Counted from the whole stretch's first letter, positions 36,291 through 48,733 are shown. The stretch: DNA of 62,108 bases, filler included, from 14 parts of 14 records of this genome joined end to end with filler, not necessarily neighbours in it; one strand, 5' to 3'. The notes: generated from the letters alone by a model not told the origin. Program-made: numbers and translations.

Positions 36291-36997
36291 ATGGCTAGCT
36301 CTGCAGAACTGGGCGACGCTGCGCCCGAGTGGAAGGTCCAGCTGTACAGCATCATGTCCCACTTCGTGGCACAGGACGGGCTGCCGCGGCGCTGCTGCGT
36401 TCTGGACCACGACGACCACAGTGGGCGGTCCCGACCGGCGGGGGCCCACGCGGGGGGCAGTCCACTTGATCTACCGGTGCAACTGCCCAAACAACTGCGA
36501 GCCGCAGGACATCAACTTACCGATAACGCTCCAGATGGTGTGCGCAACCCCAGGCCGGCCCGACACCCGCGCCAGCTCAAGACAGTCTATCCGGAGGAAA
36601 GGATGCATATACACCACAGAGCCCCCGCCACCACCCCGGCCTCGGTGGCTGCCGCGGGCGGGTGGCGCTCAGCCGCTGGACAGGAGGCGGCAGTGGCGGC
36701 GCTGCCGGTGTTTAGATGGACGGCTGGGGCCGGCGATGCTCTAGACCCCGGCTGCGCGGTGTGCTGCGCGGGGATAGAGGAAGGGGACGAAGTGATGCAG
36801 CTGCCCTGCGGACACCTGTACCACAGGCGAGGCGGACTGCCGACAACGAGGAGCTGAGCTTTGGCAGGGAATGCGTGCTGCCCTGGCTGGCAAAGGCCAA
36901 CACGTGCCCGACTTGCAGGAAGGCGCTCGACGCAAAGGAACCAGACACCACCACGTCCGTTTTAAGTGCCTTTATCAACGAATCAGATACCGATTAA
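36291..36997 (+). CDS. RING-H2 E3 ubiquitin ligase, 3 introns
   Basis: CAVC...LPCGHLYHR|ECVLPWL...TCPTCR after removal of GC-AG intron 36827-36867. Confidence 0.85.
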
Positions 36998-37816
36998 CTA
37001 ATAGCACAGTGATAGTATATAGTGTACGGCATTAACTACCATTCTTAATAATAAGTCGTCTATTTTACAATCTCGGATGTGTGCGCAATTGATGTACGAG
37101 TACGTACGCTCAATTACCATTAGTGCACAAGAACCAAAGACCAATCAACATTTTTACAATCGATGGCTCAAGTCTTGCTCTGCGGTTGTTCACTTAGCCG
37201 TTCACTCAGCGGCCTCGCAGTTGTACCTGTCCCGCGTCAGCCCCGTCTCCCTACGAGGCCGCACCGTAGCCATGACCGTACGTATAGCCCGGCCATTGGG
37301 TTGCCGGCGGCGCACCTCGGTACGTTGCCGGGACCAGCGACGGGTACTGCCTCGCATTATCGGTGCTTATCAGCCCGAGCCCGAGCCGCTCGCTCGGCGG
37401 GAAACTGAACTTGTGCACCATTTCGTCCAGAGCGTTCAGCACAGCTCCAGTCCCGGGCTCGTAGTGCGGCTGGATCTGCGGGATCTCGCCCACGTGNNNN
37501 NNNNNNNNNNNNNNNNNNNNNNNNNNNNNNNNNNNNNNNNTTAATTAATTAANNNNNNNNNNNNNNNNNNNNNNNNNNNNNNNNNNNNNNNNNNNNGTGG
37601 TGTCAGATGATCTCAGAACTACACATGACTTTATGTTGTCCAGAGTGGTGCAGAGTGGTGGCATGTGCAAAGAATCGAATGAGTACGTCATTTGAGATCC
37701 AATGTTGAAATCTAGCATGGCTTAGGAGCAGTATAACTTAAGAACGAGAAATCACTCGAGGTCAGCCCGACTGCTCGACTACGACCAGTCACGACCGAGC
37801 CATTAATCTTGAATCG

Positions 37817-39107
37817 CTAACAGGTGGCCTGGTGCAAGGCTTGAGCCACCCGGGCCACGTTGTTGGTGTTGAGCCCGGCAATGCTGATCCGGCCGTCGTT
37901 GGTCATGTAGATGCTGTTCTCGCGGCACTTGAGCACCTGCTCGGGCGAGATCCCAGTGTAGGCAAACATCCCGATCTGATCAGTCACGTGGGTCCAGTCC
38001 AGGCTGGAGCCGGCAGCCTTGAGCTCGCCCACTAGCGAGTGGCGCATGTCTATAATCCGGTCGGCCATCAGCTTGACTTCGTCGTGCCACAGCTTGTTCA
38101 GCTCAGGATCGTTCAGGACGGTGTCCACGATCCGGGCACCCCACACAGGGGGGTTGGAGTACATCGGCCTAATCACCAGCTTCAGTTGGCTCATCACCCG
38201 CTCCTTCTCCTCTGCCGAGTCGCACACCACCGACAGGCATCCGATCCGCTCGCCGTACAGCCCAAAGTTCTTGGCAAACGACTGCGCCAGCATAATCTGG
38301 TGCCCATCCTTGATGAATGTGCGCATCGGGAGCGCGTCGGCCACGGGATCGCCCGAGGCAAAGCCCTGGTAGGCGCTGTCGAAGAAGACAAGGTGCCCCT
38401 TGGATTTGATCGCGTCCGAGATGCCTTGCCACTGGGCCGGCGACGGGTCGACCCCAGTCGGGTTGTGTGCGCACGCATGCAGCAGCACGATCTGCTGGTC
38501 GGCAGTGTTGGCGGTGATGTCCTCGATCATCCCGTCGTAGTCCAGCCCCTTGGTGGCCGGGTCGTAGTACCTGTAGGTCTCCCAGCTGCCCGGACGAGTC
38601 AGGGGCCGGCAAGGGGGAGTCCCACCTTAGTCCGGCGTCCGCGAAGCAGTTCTTGTGGTTAGCCCAGCTCGGGTTGGGGATCTTGATCGTGACGCCCTTG
38701 GGCAGGAACCGCTGCATGAAGTCGGCCGCCACCCGCAGCCCGCCGGTGCCGGACAGGCATTGGGTCGCCGCCAGCCGGCCGGCGTTGAGCGGCTCGCAAT
38801 CGGCGCCAAACGCGAGCGAGGTGGCCGCGCTGACGAACGGGGCGTGGCCAGTGATGGGCAGGTACTCGTGATCCACATCCATGTCCACGAGCCGCTTCTC
38901 GGCCTGACGGACAGAGGAGAGGACCCACGGCTTGCCATCGTTGTCCCGGTAGGCCCCGACCCCGAGGCTGACCTTGTCGGGGTTGGCGTCGGCCTTGAAC
39001 AGCTCGTTCAGCCCGAGGATGGCATCCGGTGGCCCCTGCTCCACACCCGCCCAGAACTTCCGCTGCCCAAGGCTCCGCGCAGCAAATAGTGCCCGGCGTG
39101 CCAACAT
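37817..39107 (-). CDS. GOT2: Mitochondrial aspartate aminotransferase, 1 intron
   Basis: Arg-rich presequence. Motifs GPPDAILG, LGVGAYRD, SGTGGLR, HACAHNPTG, DSAYQGFASG, SFAKNFGLYGER. Intron 38586-38625. Confidence 0.95.
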
Positions 39108-39194
39108 TCTCGGCTCGCTTCACTCGTTCAGCGAGCGCTGTAACGGCAATCCTCTTCTTCAACGACCTGACTTGCGAGCGTGGTCGGGCTCACA

Positions 39195-39560
39195 ATGAAC
39201 GATTCTATAGACCCACGGGACCAGGTGCCGGGGCCTTGGGGCGCGGGGGGGCTGATCCGGGCGGGAAGGAGGAGCTGCAGAAGTTCGTGCAGATGAAGCA
39301 GCTGGAGGCGGCCACCTACGAGCAGCTCAGCAAGTTCAACCAGGTGCCGACCGACCGGCCCGCCGCCCGACCGGCCCCGCAGATCTGCTTCGACAAGTGC
39401 TTCGACAAGCCCGGGGCCAAGGTGCCGCGCGCTGCCTGCCCGGCCCGAGTATTGGCTGCAGATGTCTAGCTACGAGAAGGACTGTGTCCAAAACTGTGCC
39501 GCCCGGTTCCTGGATGCCCAGAAGCTGATTGTGGAACGGATCTCCCAGCGCGGCAGCTGA
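39195..39560 (+). CDS. TIM8: Small Tim chaperone, Tim8-like, 3 introns
   Basis: Spliced product ...EELQKF...ICFDKCFDKPGAKMSSYEKDCVQNCAARFLD has the twin CX3C motif. Confidence 0.85.
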
Positions 39561-40023
39561 GCTCAGCCGCGCGGTCCCACGTCGGGGGCTGCTTCAGCCG
39601 CCGACGTGGACATGCGGCAGCCATAGCATCGGGTGGCGTCTTATCCGAGCCGGCGCCTTTGGGATGGCAGCGCTGCGAGCGCCAGCTGGTGGTCGATGAT
39701 GCGGCACCCGAGCTGTGGTCCTGGGGAACCACTAGGATTAGCTGGTTGGTGGGAACAGAGTTGGTGATTGGCCCATGCAGTAGTTTGCTTGAATGGCCTG
39801 TTAGTACTGTTCTTAGCAAGCACTTCTAGTCTTCTACTACGAATTGTTATTATTTAAAATCAGCTGAACCTTATCCCGGAGCCGCTTGAACTAGTTGGTG
39901 GCTTTTAATGATGGGACCATAGATCAGTGGCAACCTCAGGGCAATGCTGAGCCGGCCTACCGACTCTCTAATTAGCAATGCTTACTCGTATAATTCCCCT
40001 AGTCGACAGATGCCTGACAAATC

Positions 40024-41412
40024 CTAGAACGTAATCTTGTCAAAAGACGACATCAGTCGGAGCCCACACGCCAGCATGTAGCACATGTTGGCTACCACGT
40101 TGAACGCAATCAGCCCGCGGCTGGCTTTAGGCAGGATGGTCCTCAGCAGCAGCGAGTAGAGGCAGGACAGTATGATCACCCACTTCCGGGAGCTGGAGAT
40201 AACTCTGTTGTGCCGCCCGTTCAGTATACTAAACGCGACCAGCGGGAGCCCGGTCAGCCCGGAACGGAGCACCACGGACGACATCTGGCCTTGGATCTGG
40301 GCGCTCCGCTTGTTCTGACTGCTCTTCCGCCAGAGCAGACTGCCAGCAATCGCCCGCACTGTGATCTTGAGTGCCTGGCCCTTGCGCAGCTGGGTCACCG
40401 CGTGCACCCAAATCACGTGCATCCCGAGCACCATATTCGACCCGACAGAGGCGGCCCACGCAGCTGTAGTCAGCCAGCCGTTCTGGCCGCCCGGGTTGGA
40501 CTCATTCGCTGCGGCTCTGATGTGCAGCTTGCTGATCTCGGCGTGGAGCTTATCGTACAGCCGTTGCTCAGTCTCGTACAACTCGTTGAACACCTTCCCG
40601 CCGTTGGCTTGACCCTCGGCCACCACGTTAAATAGCCGGCTGGCCGCGCCAAGCGAATGCTGCTGCGACGCTTTGCTTTGCCATGCCACAAACATCTGCG
40701 GCCGGGCTCGGCGTAGCGCGAGCACCGAGAACTCGCTGATCCTGGGGCAGTCCCGGATGTCCAGGCTGACCAGAGAATGGGCCATCCAAGTGACTGCCTT
40801 GAGCGCACTATCATCCAGCTCGGGGCAGCCAGCAATCTTGAGGCAACTGAGCGCAGGGCACATCCGGACTAGCGCGTTGACCGACGGCGAGCTCACCGCC
40901 GGGTTGCCGCACAGGTTGAGCTCGAGCAACATCGGGCAGTGGTTGGCGATAGCCCAGGTGGCCGCCTCCGACACGTCGCAGTGGCTCAGTTCAAGCAGCC
41001 GCAAGTGCCTGTTGGCCTGCACCGCCGCAAGCACCAGTGAATCCGGGAGCGGCTGCCCGAAGATCGAGATCGAGATGAGCCGGGTGGCCCGGGCCGGCCG
41101 GACCAGCAGCTGGCGGAGCAGCACCTCGGTGAGCCCAGGACATTGGTCGAGGACCACTTGCTTGAGGTTGGCCAGCCGGGCCACCGCCGACACCGCCAGC
41201 GGGCTGATCCGGCACCGGGAGCACTGAAGCGATGGTATCCCGGGGAAGATCGCGCAGGCGCCGATCAGCGCGGCCGGGCTCTGGTTGGCAAGGTGTAGGT
41301 CAGTGATTTGAGAGACCACCGCGCACAGCCCGCGAGAGGCGGCGCGTAACTGCAGGAGTTGGGGCAGGCTGGGGGACGGATGCCGGTTCACCACCAGCCC
41401 TAGCGCCTCCAT
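40024..41412 (-). CDS. Cys-containing LRR protein (FBXL/AMN1-like) with C-terminal hydrophobic helices
   Basis: Repeated LxxLxLxxCxxxxD units, followed by hydrophobic C-terminal segments. Confidence 0.75.
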   Translation of the reverse strand: MEALGLVVNRHPSPSLPQLLQLRAASRGLCAVVSQITDLHLANQSPAALIGACAIFPGIPSLQCSRCRISPLAVSAVARLANLKQVVLDQCPGLTEVLLRQLLVRPARATRLISISIFGQPLPDSLVLAAVQANRHLRLLELSHCDVSEAATWAIANHCPMLLELNLCGNPAVSSPSVNALVRMCPALSCLKIAGCPELDDSALKAVTWMAHSLVSLDIRDCPRISEFSVLALRRARPQMFVAWQSKASQQHSLGAASRLFNVVAEGQANGGKVFNELYETEQRLYDKLHAEISKLHIRAAANESNPGGQNGWLTTAAWAASVGSNMVLGMHVIWVHAVTQLRKGQALKITVRAIAGSLLWRKSSQNKRSAQIQGQMSSVVLRSGLTGLPLVAFSILNGRHNRVISSSRKWVIILSCLYSLLLRTILPKASRGLIAFNVVANMCYMLACGLRLMSSFDKITF

Positions 41413-41954
41413 CCTCTCAATCCACGCCCCCGGACGCTCTCGCCCCGTGGTGGAAAGGCTCGCTTGAGCACTTGAACTCCTCGTGATGCAAGTGTGCCGT
41501 TATGCCAGCCGGCCAGTCAGCTAGCGTAGTAAGGATATGGTGCATGCTCAAGATGTGTGGGAGGCATNNNNNNNNNNNNNNNNNNNNNNNNNNNNNNNNN
41601 NNNNNNNNNNNTTAATTAATTAANNNNNNNNNNNNNNNNNNNNNNNNNNNNNNNNNNNNNNNNNNNNAGCCCGTGGTTGAATAGATCGGCCACCCACGTG
41701 GCGAACAATTGTGACCGGCGCGACTACGGGGCGACTGAGCTGCAGAATGAAATACGTATCAAAGACAATCATGTCAGCGGGTACTCGTAGAACTAGTTCA
41801 CAAACTACAATTTAAACTACAATGAATGTGCCACCTTTTGCTAGCGCCAAGTGCCGCCAACAGCGCAACACTGAACAAAAGACGGAGGTTGCAGCTCCGC
41901 GAAAAAGATGAGTGAATCGGGCAATTTCATTGCGGCGGGACGACGTGTGGAGTC

Positions 41955-42544
41955 ATGCGGTTGAGCCGCGTCTGCTGGGTCGCGGCGGCGCACGTGATTG
42001 TGCTCTCGCTTGCGAGCTCAGAAGACACATGGGAGGAGCAGCACGCCCCAATAGAGCCGCATGCTGCCACTCAGCTCGCACAGTCTCACGCCCTATTCGG
42101 GTACGTGCCCGGCTGGGTCGGCCCCGGGCTTGACGACCCGTCTGTCTCAGGCGGAGAGCCAGAGCTTGGATGTGCGGTGTTCTTGAACTGGACTGCACAC
42201 ACGATCAGCCCTATCTGTTGGAGAGACTTCGTCTGCACCCTCCGGTTCCAGGTCAGAAATATAATCTAGTACTGGTTGACGACACTCCTTATCAAATCAA
42301 GAAGTGGAATGAGTTTGGGCAATTCAAGCCTACGCCTGGCAAAGAGGTCATGATACCCGATGCACCGCTGGAGGCATGGCAATGGAAAGGCTCAGAGACC
42401 CCAACCTTTAATGAGGCGTGGGGTGTTGTTAATTCAAAGTCCGCGCGGAACTGGAGACAAGGAGATCCGGACGCTTCAGCCGAGGATTTGATGGAGCCCG
42501 TTGACACATACTACAATCAAATGTCACGAGTAAATGAATGCTGA
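41955..42544 (+). CDS. Hypothetical secreted protein, 1 intron
   Basis: Signal-peptide-like N-terminus. GT-AG intron ~42101-42150 joins it to ORF 42170-42544. Confidence 0.5.
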
Positions 42545-42629
42545 TAAATGAATGTTGATATTGAATTGCCGAATTGCGGTCGGCGCGGTCGGGAACGGGG
42601 TGATACTCATGTCGTTAGATCTGCATGTG

Positions 42630-43805
42630 ATGGGGCTGCCGACCCTTCTTCTCGCCCTGCTGGTCGCCCCCACTGTCCCCGGCCGGTCCCAACAGCCGGC
42701 TCACCCTGGCGCAGGCGTGCCGCCGGGGCGTCCCCGAGCTGCCGGCTGCCAGCTTGGAGAGTCCCCCCCTGCGCACGGCCCGCGTGCTCGCCATCGGCAA
42801 CACAATGTGCGCCTCTGCTCGGGGGGGGGGGGGCGGCCGAGCCTGGGGTGCAGTCTGGACACGGTCCTGAGCATGCCCGAGGTGCCGCGCGACGGCAAGG
42901 TATGGGTGGAGTCAAAGCAGCGCTACGTCGGCGGGCAGGGCGCGAACGCTGCTCGGGCGATGTCCCTTCTCGGGATGGAGGTCAGCTTCGTCAGCCGGCT
43001 GGGCGACGACCCAGAGGGAGGGCTGGCGCTGGCGGACTACGCCGCGGCCGGGCTGGACATGAGCCTGAACGCCGGGCTGGTGACCAAAGGGGCACGGACA
43101 ATGTCCGCCGTGGTGACGGTGGCCACCGCCACTCAGCAGCGGACTTGTCTCATGCACAGAGACCCGCACTTGGCCAGCGGGCAGCCGGAGAAAGCCATCG
43201 CCGCCGCCGCCGCCCGGCTAGCCAGTGGAGGGTTTGATTATGTTTACACAGACGGGCATTGCTTGGAGTTGGCGCTCCCGTTGGCGAAGCTGGCGGTCGA
43301 GCACGGAGTGCCTGTGATAGCAGACCTGGAGATGGACGGCCAGGATGAGCGCGCACTGGTTCAACTGGCCCGACACCTTGTGGCACCGCTGGGTGTGGTC
43401 CAACAGCTCGCTGGTGAGACCGAGCCGGGTGCAGCGCTCGAGGCTGTTGCCAAAGGCAGGCAGCAGTTCACTGTGGTGGCCACTGACGGTCCGAACGGGG
43501 CGTATGGGCTGCAGGCCGGGACCACCGACCTGCTGCATACGACCCCTGCCAACATCCAGCCGGTTGACACCACGGGCGCCGGCGATGCTTTCCACGCGGG
43601 ATACCTGGTCGGCTTAGTGCAGCCTCACAGCACGCTGCCGGGCGCGATGGAGTACGCTACGCGGGTGGCAGCGGCAGCCTGCCTGACCGAGGGGCCGGTG
43701 CTCACGCCGCGGGCGGTCCGAGAGCACAAGCTGCTCCAGTTTGAATTGAATGGTAAGGATGTGCCGTTGCGAGGCGGCTCGAGCAGCCGGGCTGACGAGC
43801 TATGA
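42630..43805 (+). CDS. PfkB-family sugar kinase (sulfofructose-kinase/ribokinase-like), 2 introns
   Basis: Motifs VLAIGNTI|LDTV, GGQGANAA, LGDD, DTTGAGDAFHAG. Introns 42663-42714 and 42807-42853. Confidence 0.88.
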   Translation: MGLPTLLLALLVAPTVPGRSQQPAHPGAGVPPGRPRAAGCQLGESPPAHGPRARHRQHNVRLCSGGGGRPSLGCSLDTVLSMPEVPRDGKVWVESKQRYVGGQGANAARAMSLLGMEVSFVSRLGDDPEGGLALADYAAAGLDMSLNAGLVTKGARTMSAVVTVATATQQRTCLMHRDPHLASGQPEKAIAAAAARLASGGFDYVYTDGHCLELALPLAKLAVEHGVPVIADLEMDGQDERALVQLARHLVAPLGVVQQLAGETEPGAALEAVAKGRQQFTVVATDGPNGAYGLQAGTTDLLHTTPANIQPVDTTGAGDAFHAGYLVGLVQPHSTLPGAMEYATRVAAAACLTEGPVLTPRAVREHKLLQFELNGKDVPLRGGSSSRADEL

Positions 43806-44081
43806 GGCGATTGGCTTACGACTATAGCTGTGTGTACGAATGACTATATAGTATTGATCTGGTTTTATTAAAGTCATGTGGATAGGAATAATTGTCAACG
43901 TATTGTCGACGTGTTTGATCATGAGTTACGTACTCTTGCCTTTGCATATTGCTTTTATGTAGTAGTGACCACCGAACAAGACGTCGCACGTTTGCGCCTC
44001 TAGGTCAAGCCTCTCGTCCGCGCTTGCATGCCGTGATCCGATCACGTCGCCGGGCATCACAAGGGTGTCGGTGGGTAGCTA

Positions 44082-44540
44082 TCAGGCCCGGCGCCTCATC
44101 TGCCCTGCCCGGACTGCCGCGTAGAGCATCGAGCCCGCGAAGTGTTCCCGCGTCGACTTGGGCTTGGTCCCCCAGTCCGGCCGCTGCTCCCGGGCCCGCA
44201 GCTTGCTCTCGCTCTTGTTCACCCAGCTCAGCGCCTCATCAAACTCGTTCGATCGGCTCAGCCGCTTCCCAAGCTCCAGAAGCTCGCCCGGGGATCCGGC
44301 CTCAGCCGTGGCACATACCACCAGATTCACTGGCCGCGGGCTCAGCGGCCGACGTCCGGCTTCGGAGCGGGCCGAGAGCGGGCGGGTGTGCCTATGGCGA
44401 GTGTGGCGCTCAGAGTCGTAGCAGGTCCGTCGGGCCGGGCGCTGGGGCCGGTCGAGCGCGGTGAGGTCGAGAGGTGGGACTCGGAGAGGGCTGAGCGCGG
44501 TGAAGGCGGCGGTGGCGGCGGTCTGGGTGGGGCAGCACAT
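44082..44540 (-). CDS. Hypothetical helical (TPR-like) protein
   Basis: GC-rich ORF with ELLELGKRLSRSNEFDEALSW; gene structure uncertain. Confidence 0.35.
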   Translation of the reverse strand: MCCPTQTAATAAFTALSPLRVPPLDLTALDRPQRPARRTCYDSERHTRHRHTRPLSARSEAGRRPLSPRPVNLVVCATAEAGSPGELLELGKRLSRSNEFDEALSWVNKSESKLRAREQRPDWGTKPKSTREHFAGSMLYAAVRAGQMRRRA

Positions 44541-44934
44541 GTTTGTCGGGCTGGGTTAGTCGGCCCGGGTCGCTGACCGGCGGCATTCTACCAGCCGCTG
44601 CTTCTAATCCTGGCGAGGAGTCTTTTTATCTTGTCGGTTGGCGTTGGTCTGCAGGCCAGGGCCGCGTCCTCCTCACGCGCGTCATGACGCTCAGGTCATT
44701 CAGGGCTCTCGGCCTCGGCGCCGCGCTGGCGACGGCGGTATGCCTCGGCTCGGCGGCGGCGAACTCGTACTCTACTCGTTTTACTTGTTTTCGAGTACGT
44801 AAATGCGTGTGGCGACATGGCGAGGGAGACCGCANNNNNNNNNNNNNNNNNNNNNNNNNNNNNNNNNNNNNNNNNNNNTTAATTAATTAANNNNNNNNNN
44901 NNNNNNNNNNNNNNNNNNNNNNNNNNNNNNNNNN

Positions 44935-45682
44935 CCTTGAGCACCGTCAGGAAGTGGTCGGTAAAGTCCTGCTCACTGATCGTGTTTGAGTGCCCGGTCC
45001 GTATCAGAAGATCCGACCTGCTCCGGGGCGACCACATCGTTCGTGCGCCCTCAACTCCGTTGGCCTCCGACTGCTTGGCCAGGAGCATCAGCTGCATCGC
45101 GTCCAGCCTGCCCGGCAGCTCCTCCGCCGGCAATGCCCGGCACAGCTCCGAGAACGCCTGGGAGAGCCGCTCCACCCGGCTTTCGCTGGCCGTGCTGGTC
45201 CCAGTGGGTTGGACGTTGCTCAGGTCTAGCTTGGGGACTGCCACCCGGCTGACCGGCTCCTCCTCGTCCTCCTCGGGCGTGTCGAACTCCTCGGGGTCCG
45301 CCTTGGGCGGCGAGAAGGCGCTGCCGGGGTGGGAGCCTACCTCGGGCACCGATGGGAGCGACGGCTGGTGCCGGCCTGGAGTGTTCGGAACCGACGCTGA
45401 GACCGGGGGCAGGAGGATGCCGGCGTCCCGGGGGCTGGACGGCGCCGACTTGATCGAGTGCACGGCCATCGGCGGGGCGCCTCGCCACTGCCTGACCACC
45501 CGGCCGCCCACCTCGAGCGTAGCAGTGATTGTGGCCCCCTCCGGGGCGTTGGTGCAGAGCTGGGCGAACTCTTCGGCCTCCTCCTCCGCTGGCGACCGGC
45601 TGAACGCGGCGAGCAGCTTGATCGAGCCCCAGGCGGCCAGCGCGCCCGCCCCGAACGCGAGAGCAAATTGCTTGCTCTCCAT
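44935..45682 (-). CDS. Hypothetical protein with N-terminal hydrophobic anchor, 3'-partial
   Basis: Starts MESKQFALAFGAGALAAWG and stays open to the contig edge. Confidence 0.6.
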
Positions 45683-45787
45683 CGCAGCCCGTCCGCCACG
45701 CGACTCAGCACACGGCCGCGTTCGAGAGCGATTTTTCAACGGAGCCAAACCAACCCGCCCGGGGTCTGGCGGCTGTGCTGCGTTCGG

Positions 45788-47280
45788 ATGAAGCTGGATG
45801 TGCTGTGCAGCGGGGCGCCAGTGCAGCACGGCCGACCGTGGGTCCGGGCCGGGCCGGCTGGACCTGGGGCGGGCAGGTTTCAGTGCCGGCTGGCGCTCAC
45901 TGAGCTGCCGCGCGCCGCGCCCGTGCTGGTCGAGCGGCTCACCGCCAGGGCAGCCCCCGGCCGGCCCGGCTCAGCCCCGGCCAGATATACGGCTACGCAT
46001 TGGTCAACTCGTCCAGGATCCGGGCCACGCAGCTGGCTGCCGGCTGTGGCCCGAGCGAGGCCCCGGAGCTCGCCCAGTTCGCGGGCCGGGCCAACGCGGT
46101 CCAGCTGTTCAGCACGGCCCCCCTCCAGCTCGCCGCGCGCACGATGCTCTCCGGGCCGCTGCGGCTCGGGCTGGAGGCGCCTCGGCGGCCCGGGCGGGCT
46201 GGAGACCCGGACAGGCCTGGCTGCCACCGGATCTCCCACCCAGCTCGGGGTCGGCATCGATGCGCTGCTCGTACTGGCTGGCGGTGGGCGGTGGACCGGT
46301 GGGCGCGGCCAGCGTGGGGTGCAGGTATCAGTGGAGATCAAGGGCCGGCAGCCGACCGGTCCGCTGATGCTCGAGTTGCCGTGCCTGCTCGCGACTGGTG
46401 AGCGGGCGAGTGGGCGGGCTGAGTGCTGGTTCAGGTGGGTGGGAGCCTGGGCTTTGGCCTGCGGAGCTGGGGCAAACGGCCGAGGAGAGCTTCCCTGGAC
46501 ATAGCTGGGACGAGGCCGACCTGCCTGGGATAGCGGGTGCGCCGGGTGCGCTGCCGGCGGCTGAGGGGTCTGCCAGCAATATTGAGCGGAGCATCGCGCG
46601 AGGCAGACGAGGACAGGCCGGACGTTCTGCTGGGGGCGATCAGCACAGGCGCGCCCCGGCAGCCGCGGGCGGTTGATTCGGGCGGCAGCTGAGCTTGATG
46701 ACGGGCCGTATCTGGTGGAAGGGGATGCAGATGAGCAGGCAGCAGCAGGCCGGCCGAGGGTTGAGCTCAGGCTCAGGTGTGCTCTGTGTGGCTGCGAGGC
46801 GACTCGGTCGAGCAAGGCGGGCTGCTCACCGGCATGATCGACTTCAGCCAGCGCAACTGCTGCTGCCAGCGGGCAGTCATGTCGCTGCACGTGCAGGAGA
46901 TCATCCACACGCCGTTCAGGTGCCTCCCCCTGCGGCTGCAGCTGAGCACCGGCAGCGCCTCGGGGCGGGAGGAGCGGATCCAGCAGCTGCACGTGCAGGC
47001 GGTCGAGCAGACCGAGTTTGCCGAGCAGATTGGGTTCGCGCTCCCGGTGGCCGGGCACGCGCCCGTCTCGCACCAGAGCGCAGTGATCTCTGTGGAGTGG
47101 ATGCTTCGGATAGAATTCAGCATCAAGACGCCGGTGAGTTGGCTGGGGGCAAGGGCTGAGCTAAGGCAGGCCAACCGCGGGGCCGAGGAGCTGATGAGCT
47201 GGGAGGTGCCGCTGCGGGTCCGGCATGCGGATGTGTTCCAACCCGAGGAGGTCTCAGCTTGCTTGCACCTCGGCGATTGA
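45788..47280 (+). CDS. RGP1: RGP1-like (Ric1-Rgp1 Rab6 GEF subunit), ~7 introns
   Basis: Spliced blocks LFSTAP, LPPDLPPS...CSYWL, GFALPV...ISVEWMLRIEF and MSWEVPLRV resemble RGP1. Confidence 0.65.
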
Positions 47281-47452
47281 TAGGCGATTGATTTCAATTT
47301 CACACTTGGAGGGCAACTACTCTATCTAATAGCTGATGATAGTGATCCGCTATGAATGATCAGATCATTACAAAGTGAAATATCGTCACGAATACAATCA
47401 TCACGAATCATCTCTTCATGTCAACATGAAATCGCTACATGTACGTGCATAG

Positions 47453-48733
47453 CTACCCGTGTTGGGGCGACACCTTGAGCATGGCTACCCCATGGCCGGG
47501 GACAACCCGAGTGAAGCCAGCCGCGTGAATCCCGACGTCCCGCTGGGCCCACAAATCGCGCACCAGCATCCGATCCGCCTGACGCGGCCCGAGCACACTC
47601 CAGGATACGTTCAGAGTCGAAGGCTCACTGGCCAGATTCCAGAGGGCCAGCGCAAACGTGCCGTCACTCAACGGCTTGGCGATGATTTGGGAGCCGTCGC
47701 CCAAGTCCACAACCGAGCCCTGGATGCCCCAACGGTCCTGATTGACTCGAATCAGCTCCCGGTTGGTCAGGATGGCAAGCGTCTGTGGGGAGAGCCGCCG
47801 GATGTCACAACCTAGCATCAGTGGGGCTGCCATGATCACCCACAGCGCGTAGGTCGCCCGCTCCTCGACCAGGCTCATCCGGCGGTTATCCGGCTGCTCG
47901 GTGCTGCCGCACCAAAGATCCCCAGCAAAGTTCCAGGAGCCGGGCTTCTGAAAGAATTGGGCGCCGCGGTAGTTCTGGAGCACGTTGTGCACCGTGCTCT
48001 CGTACGAGTTACCCAGGTCGTTACCTGTGTACCACATGTGCGCCACCGACGGCCCCCACACCCACGGCAAGTCCTCAAATGTGCGTGCATACGACGCATC
48101 CGCCGAACCGTTCGGACTGTAAAGCAGAGGGACGTGGTCGCCCGCGCCGACCTGGATAATCATCGGCCGGCCGGTCGAACGAAGCGCTGCAGACATGGCC
48201 CGCTGGTTGCTGACCAGTTGTCGCCAGCTCCCGTAGTTGCAGTTATCTACTTTGACCCAGTCCACTCCCCAGTCCGCGAACCCGCCCGCATCGGCCGCCT
48301 CGTGCCCCTGAGAGCCCCAGTTGCCTCCACACGCCCGTGCCGAGGCAGAGGTGTAGATTCCAATCTTGAACCCTCGCGCGTGCAGCCAGTCGGCCAGTGG
48401 CCGGATTCCACCGGGGAATTTGGTTTGGTTGGCCACAATCCGCCCGTCGGAGTCTCGCGGCGCTGGCTCCAGGCAGACTGCACCGCCCGTCTCGGGCTCC
48501 CACGGCCCGTATCTGGCGCACGCCTCCCACCCCTCGTCTATCTGGAGGGTCTGCCAGCCGAGGGCCTTCAGGCCGGCCGCCTCGAGCGCCAGGGCGGTTT
48601 GCTGGATGAGGGTTGCGTTGACCTCGAAGCGAGCTATGTCCCAGGAGGTCCAGGCCATCGGCGGGGTCTGCGCCAGCTGGTCGTCCAGTCCCGCGACCAG
48701 CGCCAACCGGATCAGCCAGCCTCTCATCGACCA
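47453..48733 (-). CDS. Secreted GH27 alpha-galactosidase / alpha-N-acetylgalactosaminidase
   Basis: Motifs LAQTPPMAWTSW, IDEGW, FPGGI, DWGVDWVKVDNC, APLMLGCD, NQDRWG; intronless. Confidence 0.92.
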   Translation of the reverse strand, partial: WSMRGWLIRLALVAGLDDQLAQTPPMAWTSWDIARFEVNATLIQQTALALEAAGLKALGWQTLQIDEGWEACARYGPWEPETGGAVCLEPAPRDSDGRIVANQTKFPGGIRPLADWLHARGFKIGIYTSASARACGGNWGSQGHEAADAGGFADWGVDWVKVDNCNYGSWRQLVSNQRAMSAALRSTGRPMIIQVGAGDHVPLLYSPNGSADASYARTFEDLPWVWGPSVAHMWYTGNDLGNSYESTVHNVLQNYRGAQFFQKPGSWNFAGDLWCGSTEQPDNRRMSLVEERATYALWVIMAAPLMLGCDIRRLSPQTLAILTNRELIRVNQDRWGIQGSVVDLGDGSQIIAKPLSDGTFALALWNLASEPSTLNVSWSVLGPRQADRMLVRDLWAQRDVGIHAAGFTRVVPGHGVAMLKVSPQHG

